64,000 nt of DNA, from assembly GCA_030704615.1 (NCBI GenBank), contig CM060731.1, positions 88,102,001-88,166,000 of the forward strand. The letters are read 5' to 3'. This document shows, piece after piece, positions 47,550-60,510 of the stretch (its first letter is position 1; the number at the start of each line of letters is the position of its first letter). The notes under the pieces were generated by a model. It was not told where the DNA came from. It did not search any database and saw only the letters and a program-made list of their open reading frames with translations. This stretch comes from Takakia lepidozioides (lineage: Eukaryota; Plantae; Bryophyta). A program made the translations under genes and the position numbers.

Positions 47550-50500
47550 CAGCGTAGCTACGGCGTGAGCCCAGCCCCGTGAGCCTGGGAGCTGAGCTCA
47601 CGTTGTAGCTGCAAAGCGTGAGCTGAGCTCACACTTCAGGGAAGCGTGAGCGGCACAAATCTGCTGGAGAAGCAGGTCCTATAGGCGAGGATTGCAGGAA
47701 GAGGGCCTATTACCGTGGACAAAACAAAGGGAGCCACCATGCACCATGTCTGCAATGCCTGCACAAAAAGAGGAATATGAAAATATGGCAGATTTGAGCT
47801 CAGAATGATTGATACACTTTATTTCAATTCACAGATAGACGCTTACAAGTGCACGTAGGGAAATTCCCCACGGCAACCTGATATTCTTTGCCATGAAGAA
47901 CTGAGCCAATAGACAGCACTGTGTAAGTCCATACCCCGGGGCAGGGACTTCGGTGATACGAGTCACCCGAGCCTGCAAAATTCTAGCCGATTCCATCTTG
48001 CAGTCGTGATCTGCACCCGAAGCGACACGACGCACAGTTTTTTCATCTCTTTTTATTGGGTGGGAGTCGGCACCGGGTGGAGGCATTGCCGGAGCATGTG
48101 GCACATCTGTGCCCACAGTGCATGAGGGCACCACCCAGGACCGTGCAAGACGGAACCCTCACTCCTCCAGCATGCTTATCTCGGTTGATGACAGCGACGT
48201 CCCAAGTTTCACAGGCCAAATTGCGGGGGGATGGGGCTTCATTATCACCGAAGGACGAATTGTTCCCTTGACGCATTGTGCCATATCGTCTCGGCAGAAC
48301 CAGAACTTGTGGTCCTTTGACTCCCCACTATGATAAGGTCAGAACAACCCTGTGAATGTTGGAGCTGGAGTCCCCCTGGAGCCTTTGCATATTTTTTATT
48401 TGCATTTCTTGAAAGAGGGGGTCCGAATTGCCATGCAAGCCACTCTAGATATTGGTGGGGTGCGTTCTATATGCCACTCACTGTCAATGCAATCAGATTC
48501 ATGCACCAAGGACACCACCTCCTCCAATGGGATTCTTGCTGCTGTGCTTGCATGATCTACACCTGCTCCACTGGAAGAGGACCCACCTGGGAAGGGGCGG
48601 GCACACGACTTAGTCTGCACCGGAGACACCTTTGGTACAGAGAAATTGACCTTGTCCGGCCGATGGGAATCTCCATCCGACCCTGGAGGAGTGTTCAATT
48701 TCCTTTTGCATGATCCAAATCTTTCCTCGCCTTCCAAATGGGGGACCCTGGATTGCAAAGGGGAGCCTTCAGTGCACCTGTTCAGAGCTATGGCCATCTT
48801 CGATGGGTCTCCGGACCTACTCGCAACCCTTAGCATCAACAAAGTCGTATCAGGGCCCTTGCCTCCGCCCCGTCCCATCAGAAAATTGCGGTACCTGGTT
48901 TGTTGTGTAAGTGCCCGCACCATGTCATCAGCAGTGGCCACATACAAGTCACGTCCTGCTTTGGTAGACTGCTGCATCCAGGCATTGTGAACAGTCTCCG
49001 CCAAATTACAGGATGGCATGTCGGCCAAGTCCTCCAAGGAAATGTCCTGCAGGAGGCATTGCATGCAAATGTGAGGAACGAAAGGAAATGGAAGAGGTTC
49101 TGCAAGTGACAATCCAACAACCCCAAACAAACAGGCATGATGCAAAGTGAAATTTGTGTTTCTGGGATTGAAGAGGCTTACCGTCGTCATGAAAGCTCCC
49201 CACTATCTGTACCTGAAGTGCCAGAAAACCAACCAGTCCTCCAACTCCTTCAAGTGGATACCAGTAGCAACACCAGAGGAGAACCACCAAGCCCGGATTG
49301 CTTGGTAAATGCTCTCAGCTTCTCCCATTGAGGTGGCATTTTTGTACTTGAGGCAGAGCCTTCTGTGCTCCAACTGAAGGTCAGGGCAAATGCAGCGCTT
49401 TGTATGACGTGCCAGAGATTGACTCCAATGGAAGAGGCATGTGCGCTCCCTATTTTCCATTGGGACCTTAGGATCCCCCGAACCAAACACGCGTCACACT
49501 GCATTGAAATTTGCCTGTGCACTATCAGCCATGAAGCTCGCAAAATTTGTGTTCTGCATTCCATTGCGCTGCATGACGGCCAGGAGCGAATTCCACATGA
49601 GCATCTGGGATTTGGCTAAATGTTGGTTAATGTTTGATCACTGCAAACGGGTGATCTCCTCCAGGTTGCATTCGACGGACTATGCTCACACCACTACCTT
49701 TGCCCATTGTGGACATCTTGAACAAATACACCTTGGACGAGCCCTGGCCAGGGAAGATACTATTTTGAATGAATTCATAGCGACTCCTCCGTTTGAGGTC
49801 CATAATGTTGTCCATGAATCCAGCACTGCCTGTGCCCATTCTGAGTGCATTCACCTAGTTTCGAATATTGGGAGAGCTCAACATGGAGAAATGGTCCATC
49901 ACTGCATCAAGCGAATCTGCATCCAGCATTGGTTGTGTCGCATCCCCTTCACCCAGTATGTGTTTTTCCAGGAATGTCTTGCTAGCTGCAAGCGCTATAG
50001 CAGAAGGTGTTGCACAAGGGGCATTGTGGAACTCCTGCTTCAGCATATTTCTAGCGATGTCCACGCTATCCCTGCAACTTCTTTTTGACATAGGATGCTC
50101 GTGTGTACCCATATGAATGAAGGCACGAGTCATTGTCTTACATCGGTGTGCCACCTGGTACATACGAGTGTGGCACACAGAAACACAGGACGGGGAAAGT
50201 TTGCAGAACCTGCACACAAAAGTATTGGTCTTGGGAGGGGCAAGCCGTGGGGTGAAAGGATTCAGGGGCACACCTTCCCACTCACTTTTGTTTGGTTTAG
50301 CGTTGTTTCTCAGGCGAGGGCAAGAAATATTCACGCACTTGCAATGCCCAACGCAAACCGACCTTCGAAATTTCAATCCAATGTCGTTGTGGATGTTCGA
50401 TGTTTTTGTCCTGCACCAAGGGTGTCCGTCATGTTTCTTGTCCATGCCCTGCAGAAGCCCAGCTAGTCCACTGGAAGACGTGGGAGGGTTGAGCTCAAAC

Positions 50501-53500
50501 AAGATGTCCCCATCAAACTCTGCTGGCACATATTGAACCCGCTGCACCCGAAGGGACTCCCAATCAACAAAACGCAGCTCGCTCTTGCACCTAGGCACCC
50601 CTGCGAGGGCTTTTAATTTCGGAATGACACTCGTTATCTCCTGCAATTTGTCATCATCCAAGAATGGAGTCTGCACTGGCGGAGGAATCTCATAAACATC
50701 TTCCGAGGACGAGTTTGAAAGAGTCACGAATGTAGTGGATGTGCTCACCTCTTGTTTCACATGAACTGTGCCCTTCTGCTGCACGACCGATGCTGCAGTG
50801 CCAGGGGTAACTACTGATCCTGCTGATTGTCTTCTCTCTTTTCCAATGACCCGGTATGTGCCTGGAAGGACTCTCCACTTCCTTCCACACTCGCCAACCA
50901 ATGGTTTCTCCAAGTGCCCAGAATCCAAATTCCCATCCTCATCATACACCTCTTTTTGAACAAGCAGAGAACCCAATTCCAGAGGGAACACTGTAACTAG
51001 CTCATCCTCATGAACAACTGCAAACCCATCGTCATCTGCAGTGGCAGTCAGTGGAAGACTACCTGCATTGGAATGAAATCGAGCGAGTCTATCTCCCTCC
51101 CTGGACATGTTTTCCTACACTGACCCAAAGTTGCGATCCACAAAGGGTCCCCCGAACTGATAGCCCGTAATTCTCGAAAGGGGATCCACCCCAAACGAAC
51201 TAAGGTGAATAAGGGTAGCACTGACCCAAAGATTGCGGGTGATGCATGCAACGGATGTAAGAATGACATGCATGGCAAAAGTCTGCACCGAACTTCGCAG
51301 TCAGCCACACTGAGAGACACCAACCAGAAAAACGCACAAGTAAAAAAAAAAAAAAAAAACTACATACGACAAGATATAAAAATGCCTACATACGACATCT
51401 CTGTCAGGTTCATTCCACCCGTATTTAGAAGCTCAAACAGTGTGCGGCAACGCACACTGCTTGAGCCCCAACTTTGCGCTTGTTTTTTGATACGAAAATT
51501 GGCCCCAAACGGGCCTGTCTGTCTGGTTCAATCCACCATTATTTGGATGCTCTAACCGTGTGCGGCAACGCACACAGTTTAAGCCCCCCTTGTCATTGTT
51601 TTTTTCATGTGAAAATTGTGCACACAAGGGCCTCTCTGTAAGGTTCATTCCACCCCTATTTGGAAGCTCAAACAGTGTGCGTTGACGCACACTGTTTGAG
51701 CCCCCACTTGACATTATTTTTTCATGTTAAAATCGGCCACAAAGGGCATCTCCGTCAGGTTCAATCCACACTTACTTGACAACTCAAACAGTGTGCGTCA
51801 ACGCACACTGTTTGAGCCCCTCTTTTGCCTTGTTTTTTCTCTCTGTCTGGTTTACTCCACCCCTATTTGGAAGCTCAAACAGTGTGCGGCAACGCACACT
51901 GTTTGAGCCCCCACTTGATATTATTTTTTCATGTTAAAATCGGCCACAAAGGGCATCTCTGTCAGGTTCAATCCACACTTACCTGGCAGCTCAAACAGTG
52001 TGCGTTGCCGCACACTGTTTGAGCCCCCCTTTTGCCTTGTTTTTTGGTGTGAAAATTGTGCACACAGGGCCTCTCTGTCTGGTTCATTCCACCTGTATTT
52101 GGAAGCTCAAACAGTGTGCGGCAACGCACACTGTTTGAGCCCCCACTTCACATTATTTTTTCCTGTTAAAATCGGCCACAAAGGGCATCTCTGTGAGGTT
52201 CAATCCACACTTACCTGGCAGCTCAAACAGTGTGCGTTGCCGCACACTGTTTGAGCCGCCTTTTTGCCTTGTTTTTTGGTGTGAAAATTGTGCACACAGG
52301 GCCTCTCTGTCTGGTTCATTCCACCCCTATTTGGAAGCACAAACAGTGTGCGGCAACGCACACTGTTTGAGCCCCCACTTGACATTACTTTTTCCTATTA
52401 AAATCCGCCACAAAGGGCATCTCTGTCAGGTTCAATCCACACTTACTTGGCAGCTCAAACAGTGTGCGTCAACGCACACTGTTTGAGCCCCCCTTTTGCC
52501 TTGTTTTTTGGTGTGAAAATCGTGCACATAGGCCCTCTCTGTGTGGTTCATTCCACCCCTATTTGGAAGCTCAAACAGTGTGCGACAACGCACACTGTTT
52601 GAGCCCCCACTTGACATTAATTTTTCCTGTTAAAATCGGCCACAAAGGGCATCTCTGTCAAGTTCAATCCACACTTACCTGGCAGCTCAAAAAGTGTGCG
52701 TCAACGCACCTTGTTTGAGCCCCCCTTTTGCCTTGTTTTTTGGTGTGAAAATCGTGCACACAGGGCCTCTCTGTCTGGTTCATTCCACCCGTATTTGGAA
52801 GCTCAAACAGTGTGCGGCAACGCACACTGTTTGAGCCCCCACTTGACATTATTTTCTCATGTTAAAATCGGCGACAAAGGGCATCTCTGTCAGGTTCAAT
52901 CGACAGTTACCTGGCAGCTCAAACAGTGTGTGTCAACGCACACTGTTTGAGCCCCCCTTTTGCCTTATTTTTTGGTGTGAAAATCATGCACACAGGGCCT
53001 CTCTGTCTGGTTCATGCCACCCGTATTGGGAAGCTCATACAGTGTGCGGGAACGCACATTGTTTGAGCCCCCACTTGACATTATTTTTTCATGTTAAAAT
53101 TGGCCAGAAAGGGCCTCTCTACCAAGTTCAGTCCACACTTACCTAGCAGCTCAAGCAGTGTGCGTCAACGCACACTGTTTCAGCCCCTCTTTTGCCTTAT
53201 TTTGTGGTATGAAAATTGTGCACACAGGGCCTCTCTGTCTGGTTCATTCCACCCCAATTTGGAAGCTCAAACAGTGTGCGGCAATGCACACTGTTTGAGC
53301 CCCCACTTGACATTATTTTTTCATGTAAAAATGGCCACAAAGGGCATCTCTGTCAGGTTCAATCCACCCCGAATTGGAAGCTCAAACAGTGTGCGTGAAC
53401 ACACTGTTTGAGGCCCCCTTTTGCTTTGTTTTTTGGTGTGGAAATCGTGCACACAGGGCCACTCTGTCTGGTTAATTCCACCCCTATTTCGAAGCTCAAA

Positions 53501-54318
53501 TAGTGTGCGTCAACACACACTATTTGAGCCCCCCTTCTCGTTGTTTGTTTCATGTTGAAATCGGCCACATAGGGCATCTCTGTGAGGTTCAATCCACACG
53601 TACCTGGCAGCTCAAACCCTGTGCGGCAACGCACAGTGTTTGAGCTCCCCTTGTCATTATTTGTTTCATGTAAAAATCGTGCACACAGGGGCGTCTCTGT
53701 AAGGTTCATTCCACCCCTATTTGGAAGCTCAAACAGGGCCACTCTGGCAGGTGGAATCCACCCTGAATTGGAAGCTCAAACAGTGTGGGGCAATGCATAC
53801 TGTTTGAGCCCCTTTTTTTGCTTGTTTTTTCATGTGAAAATTGGGCACATAGGGCCACTCTGGCAAATTGAATCCACCCTGAATTGGAAGCTCAAACAGT
53901 GTGCGGCAACGCACACTGTTTGAGCCCCCTTTTTTGCTTGTTTTTTTAATGTGAAAATCGGCCACCTTGGGCCCACTCTGGCAGGTTGTAAATACCCTTT
54001 ATTGGAAGCTCAAACAGTGTGCTGCAACGCACACTATTTGAGCCCCCTCTGTGATTGTTTTTTGTTGTAAAAATCGGCCACATAGGGCCACTCTGGCAGG
54101 TTGAATCCACCCTGAATTGGAAGCTCAAACAGTGTGCGGCACCGCACACTATTTGAGCCCCCTTTTTGCTTGTTTCTTGATGTGAAAATCGGGCACCTAG
54201 GGCCACTCTGGCAGGTTGAATCCACCCCGAATTAGAAGCTCAAACAGTGTGCGGCAACGCACACTGTTTGTGCCCCCTTCCCTGCCTGTTTTTTGATCTG
54301 AAAATCGGCCACTCAGGG
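47550..54318 (-). mobile_element. Mutator-like element M4 (divergent subfamily); transposase about 47700-51108 with stops; upstream 116-bp array
   Basis: GCM-like DGHPWCRTKTSN...CVGHCKC...C..C...FIHMGTHEHP. FMADSAQANFNA, CLFHWSQSL, CNLAETVHNAW, partial SWIM FPTCT. Terminus-like CAGCGTAGCTACGGCGTGAGC at 47550. Confidence 0.8.
51395..54315. repeat. 116-bp tandem array (232-bp dimeric higher-order unit) with the palindrome CTCAAACAGTGTGCG-n-CGCACACTGTTTGAG
   Basis: About 25 monomers. Recurring ORFs at 52200, 52432 and 52664 show the 232-bp period. Confidence 0.95.
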
Positions 54319-57300
54319 GAGGTTAGCTATTTCATGAGCATGAGCGGCATGAGCGGAGTAGTAAGACAATCGGTTTTCATGAGCAGAAGTACAAATTCTG
54401 GAAATAAAAAACATTAAAAACAATATCTTAATGGAATGTGACAGAAAAAGGCAATATAATATTCATTGTTTGAAGTAGAAATTGTAGTTTTGAGAGGAGT
54501 GCTCATGATATTTCGTCTTCCGCTCATGCGAATTCCGAGCAACATCTGCAAAAATGGCGCTGAATTTCGTGGTAATAGGTTCCGCAAGCGGAGAAATCGG
54601 CGACGTATTGCGCGGTAATAGGTGTCTCTGGCAAAAAATGGTGCCGAATTTCGCGGTTATAGGTCCCAACTTGATTGAAGTATAAGCCCAAAATTTGGAA
54701 ATGTGGCGCCGAATTTCAGTACATGGTGCCGGGCATTGCACAAATGTTGGGCAATTCTGGGCCATGTAACTGGAAATTTGGCGCCATTTTTCCAGACATC
54801 GTTCCCGTGTATGTTGGGACTTAGCCAATTTTCGGCCCAAAATAGGGAAATTCGGCGCCATTTTTCCAGAAATGGCCCCCTCAACTGCAACTGTTGGAAC
54901 TCAGTTTTCTGGAAGATTTGCAAATTTTTCCTGCCGCCATCTTTGTATTGATTCTGTTTCGACATTGAATTGCCACTGGACGTCAACGGATATCCAGCAG
55001 TCCATAATGTTTAAAAGACATCACTTTAATATTGTTTGTCTTATTCCAAGAGTTTTGGGGTGCAATTCATTACACTGCAAAACAAAGTCTAATGCATCAA
55101 AATGCAATTGCAAATATCCATATGGTGGATTCCCTTTGCCCCATCAATGATTTCTGGAATCCCGGCGGAGGAGTTTGTGCAGCTCGTTCACGCTCAACGC
55201 TGGTGCATGAATAAAGTCATCAATAGTCAAGTTCATCCTCAACCTCTTCAGGTAAATGTAATACAGATGCTTGCATGGATAATACTTTGACCCCTTCTTT
55301 GCTTCCATCAACGAGAAGTCCGTACAATTGCAAGTCGGTTCCACTCCAATCGTAATTGTGTATACGTTGTCGCGTACAGCTGAGCCGGCCGTTGCCATCC
55401 GATAAACACGCCCAAGGCCGGGTGGGGGTACGTCCATGGAGCTCTGAATAGTGCAAGGCATCCCAAGAGCATTGGCAATTCGAGTCTCATTCAACTTGTT
55501 GGGAGGGTGTCGTCTCTTCACTCTTCCGAATCACATTGTGGGATGTGCAGAATTGTCCAATCCGTCTCTACTAGACCGAGTAGTCTGCAATGGCTGGGTC
55601 TGAGGAACTGGAAACGACTGGGCCGGGACGTCTGTGCGTTGCACCATTCAAAATTCTGCTGCAGAAAGAGAATCCGCCTCATTCTGAGAGAGGTTGCAAC
55701 CCGGTGCAACAGACCAGACGCCCGGAGGCTCAGGCATTCCCTTAATCCCGTACTTGGGCTTGTCAAATACACAGGTCATTATGTCGTGCCTACAGAACCA
55801 AAAACGTTTGCGTTGTGGCGTGAGAGAATGTGGGAGTCAAAAATCTGCCGCTAAAACAAGGTGTAGGTACAGCACCGTGTGGGTTTCTCCGAATCATCTC
55901 ACCACAACATGCTCTCATATCCACCCGGATGGCGCAGCACTTCCCTCGAAATGCCGGCAATGTCCTTGCAATTCTCCACTGTGACTCCAACACTCTTGTC
56001 TCCACAATGGGTATGTTGTACTGCGTTACTACAGATGGCTCGTTATGTTCCTCGGGCACGTGCCCTGTGCTCAAAGGAGATGACGATCTTGAACGTGCAG
56101 GACTTGCAGTGCTCGACGAGACCTCCTCAGGCAACATCACAAGACCACGAGGGAGCGTGCGAATATTCTTGTCAGCTCGCCATGAATCCTCTTCTCCGCC
56201 AGGTGCGTCGTCAAGTCTTCGTCTCACTGGACGGGTGTGAACATCTCCTTCCAAGTGTTGGCCTCTTCAAAACAATGGCGTGTTCCGAAGGCCCTCTCGC
56301 AAGGCTGCCGCCCACTTGCGAGGATTCTTTGATCTGGAGGCAGTCCGCATCAGCATTTCCTGCCTGTCCGGCCCCAAGCCCCACTGTTTCCCTTTCAAGA
56401 ACTCGTTGTACTTGCATTGCTGCATAATTGACCTGACAATGTCCTCCGTTGTGGCAGTGAGGATGTCCACCAGATGCGTCGCAGAGGAGGCATGCCAGGA
56501 AGAATGTACTGATTCGGCCATGTTTGTTGTCGGCATGTCGGTGTCGGAGTCCAGACACATTTCCTGCACCTGCACATGTTGAGGTTACAAGCAAGTTACA
56601 AATAATGAGTAGCATAATATTCAACGGGACGCGAATTCGTCCAACTCACCTCCCGCATATAGTCGCTGAACTGGAGGAAACGATAATGTCACCATGCTAG
56701 CCAACTGACCATTGCTCCCTCGTCTGATTTCTTTACAGCACCTGACGTTGTCCACCAAGCCCGTATACATACAAACTGTGTCTCTGCATCATCCAAGGTG
56801 GGAGCACGCTTCCACGCAAGACACATGGAACGGTGCTCATCTCTGAAATCTGGCGCCACGAGCCGGGTTGTGTACTGCGACAAGCTCTGCAGAAAATGGA
56901 ACCCACAAGATCTCTCCTTGCCTTCCATCAGAACATTGGGGTCTTCCCCATACACCCTTCGGATGGCAGCCCAATTTGCTTGTGCGTTGTCCGCCATGAA
57001 ACCACAAAAATTGGGAGGGGGCAATCCCGCCCTTGCCATCTGTTCGTTTATTCCCTACCAAAGAAGCATCTCCGATTGTGTGTCCTCTCCTTTCATCTCA
57101 CAAATAGCAATTGTCATTAGCATCCTGCAGTGGGTGTCGTAGACATGTGCAGCCATTGTCACCCACTGGTGATTTGTAATTCGCTTGATATGGTCGAACA
57201 TGACCCAACTATTTGACAAGTCCCCACTCGTCATCCGGTCAACCAATTCGGCCGCTGCCAGGCCCATCCGAGCCACGCCCAATTTTCTGTTTGCAGGAGA

Positions 57301-60300
57301 CAATGTGGTTTCGGACATTCGGTGAACAGACGTGGGACACTGACTCCAGCAATGCCTCCATTTCCTTCTCATTGAGAGGAACTCTGTCGGAGCCGTCTTC
57401 CGACATAATTCTGGCCAATGCCATCTTATGGGCGGCCTGCAGCTGTATCTGTTTGGGTTTGGGACCAGGTCTCAACTAAACCTCATCCTGAACGAGCTGC
57501 TCTGCCTCGTGGGCAGCCTCCCGCAAGTTCCCCCTCGCCAATTTGTGACAATGGGAACCAACGTGTATGCAAGCTCGTGTGAGGTCAGGGAAACGGTGCA
57601 ACACATAGAATTGCTTGGCATTACAAACAGACATGCAATGTGGTGGTTCTTTGCAATGCGCACACTTAAATGTGGAGTTTGGAACCTTCTCCTGAGCTCG
57701 AAATGGTTGATGAGCTATGCCTGTCCAATCCGTCTCGTTCCTGTGACCTCTGGATTTAAAGTGGAAGCAAGTTGGGGAGAAACACCGCAACGCGCCCGCA
57801 CAAACAGCGTAGCGCACCTGCACACCATCGAGCATCTTCATGTTGGTGGTTTTGGTGACGCATCAAGGATGACCATCATGTTTCCTATCCATATCTGTCA
57901 ACATTCGGGACGCCCTCGAATAGTCCGTTCAAGGAGGGAACTCAAAGAACATATTACCGTTGACGTCTGCGGGAAGGCATGTAACGGATTTAATTGCGAA
58001 CTTGCTATAGTCCAGCCCAGCCAGCTCCGATTGGTGTCCCTCCATGTGAAACCCTCGCAAAATTTCAAGAATGGATCAAACTGTTGTGTTTGTGCTGGGA
58101 ATATGACTCCCTCGTCCGCTGATGTCCATTGAGGACTTGCCTGATCTCCAGGATGATCTCGGAACTTCAATGACCTCGTCAGAGTCGGACAGGTTGTGAA
58201 CAACCCGGTTCTCGCTCGTCTTCATTGATGGGTTCGGCTCTGGATTTACTTCGTTGCGGACTTCTCTCTTTGAGGTACCCACTCTCTGATTCACGGATTG
58301 TTTCGTGGAAGGCGCCAGGATAGAAGGCACATTTGGCGGGCAAATGAAGTCCCCAACAGCGGGGTCAATGGCCACAAGGCTACGGCAAACAACGTCTTCT
58401 GAGTACAATCTTTTTAATTTTTTTTCTGCACCCTCTCTCCCTTGTGGTTTGTTTATGTTTGTGAGCAGCAAAAAAGAGAGGGCAGATATTCATGTCATGT
58501 CAAGACATGGACAAGACCCACTAGGGTCATTGTCAATTAAAGACATAAACAACCCAAAACAGGGCACCATCTAACATTTCCATTCTTGTCATAGCTTCCC
58601 ATGAATTGACATCACCCAATCAGTCATGATAAAACAAGGTGGGAGGGCGGGGTTTGTTCATGTAGGGGATGCAAACATCTTGAACACCCAAGATCCGGCC
58701 ATCTTGGCCAATGAATCATGTGTTCATGTGTGGGACAAGATAAGATATTGCTGCCCCTGTGCAGGTTGCAAGGCCTCTTGGTTAAGCCTGCACACATACC
58801 TTACCAGCAGGTCATGTATTGAAGGAGCATAAAAATGCTGAGGTCATGCAAAGGGCAAGGTACCATGGCCAGCCTGCCCTATTACCATTTCAAGACACGT
58901 TTTCACACATACATCTTGGATATGACCCACAGGTTGCAGCATCTTACCTTTTCAGCCATTAATTATGGCAGGTCATTGTCAGAATCACAATATGCCACCA
59001 AGCAGTCCTACTTGGGCATGATGAAATAAATTCCATATCATTTGTATTCACCCCGAGACATGTGATCATACAAGGTGTCAAGGGAATGTGAACTCAGCCT
59101 GTCAAATTGCAGGTTCAAGACTTGTACATACAAGCAGCTTGAACAGCCGAGATCCAGCCTCTTTTGCATATAAAAAACCAGATTGCAGGTCATAGGCCTG
59201 ATGTCATGACAAAGCCAAAACTATAGGTAGGATCCCATTGCAGCTTACCATCCTCATCCTTCAAGAGATCCATGCTAAAGCATGCAAAGAACACCTCACT
59301 GTGATCCAGTACTCAAGAGGAATAGGCCCGAAAAGGAGCAAGTCGGTGCTTTATCAGGCTGCCGCCATACCCTTCAAGGCCACCATGTCCATAGAAACCC
59401 AAAACCGCCAATAACATACCACCTAAAACCTGATCCTCTTTGGCCAAAAGAACTTACAACCTAGCTCAATAATCCACAGGCCATGTTGTCAAAGATCAAG
59501 AGGTAGGGTATGGTTTGTATGCAAGCCTCAGGAGACAGGCCAGTCGGGCCAAGCTGCGCATCGACGGCAGAACGACAAAGGCCAAAAACCAGGCTGTAGC
59601 ATGCCAAACCAGGAGCAGTCGGGTTGAAATCGGGGATGCAGGCAGCAGCCACCTCACAACGCAAAAACCCACAGGTCTTCTCAACCCATATCCCAATTTG
59701 CATGCTCAAGAAGCTTCAAAGTAGGTGAGGATCCTCACCTGGTCCCATCACAAGCCCCCACAAAAACCAACAGGTTAGTGAGGATTGTGGAACCCCAGGT
59801 GAATCACAGACCCTCACACTTGTCATCGATGTCAACTAAGAAACTCAAAAGCAAGAGAAAGAGATAAGAACATGAGAATCCCTAAACTCCAAAGGCACCT
59901 TAAGCGATTGGGGAAGAGGGTTATGAGCCATCACCACCCGCAGCAAGCCACCTCCACAAAGCACATAAGCAATGAAGCAAAGCAAGCACAATCGCAAGGC
60001 ACTAGAAAGGAGGGAGAGAACTTCCCATCATAAATATCCTTGCTAAGCACAGAAAAAGCCAGAGGAGGGAAGATGCCACTGCATTCAAAGCGGTGTTTCC
60101 CACTGCAAGAGAGACAAGGCGCCGCCTTCGCGCCCCCCCCAGGCGCTCGTCCAGCATGGGTACGACACCACAAACGGGGCATCCACCGAAGCACGTCCGC
60201 CATAACACTCTCCTCGCGAGCTCAAAAGCACATTGCGTGCTTCTGACAGCGGGAGAGACGACATAGGGTTGTATCCCGATTATTCATCCGTGGATGAAAA

Positions 60301-60510
60301 ACAGTAGGACTAATCCGTATACCGTGATGGATTTCATCCGCAGCAAGGTTAAAAATATGTTTTGGGGCAGGGGTTAGGGTTTCCACCGTAATTAATCATA
60401 ATTAGGGGTAGTAAAGATCAATTCCAGGCCATAATCACATCATCCATAGACAGATCACTTGTGTCAGGATGAAAAAGTAGGGAATATCATCCGTGGCAGC
60501 GCCTTACCTC
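54319..60510 (-). mobile_element. Mutator-like element M2, inserted in the 116-bp array; transposase about 55144-58470, heavily frameshifted
   Basis: Terminus GAGGTTAGCTATTTCATGAGC at 54319. WVMFDHIKR, FMADNAQANW, CGFHFLQSL, TNMAESVHSSW, SWIM PTCNCTDF...CKHLYYIYLK. GCM-like CAGALRC...IHVGSHCH. Right boundary set by the M3 terminus. Confidence 0.8.

Noticed and set aside
51395-54315. CRISPR array or protein-coding repeats
   Set aside because: Whole 116-bp monomers are homologous. The many short ORFs are repeat translations.
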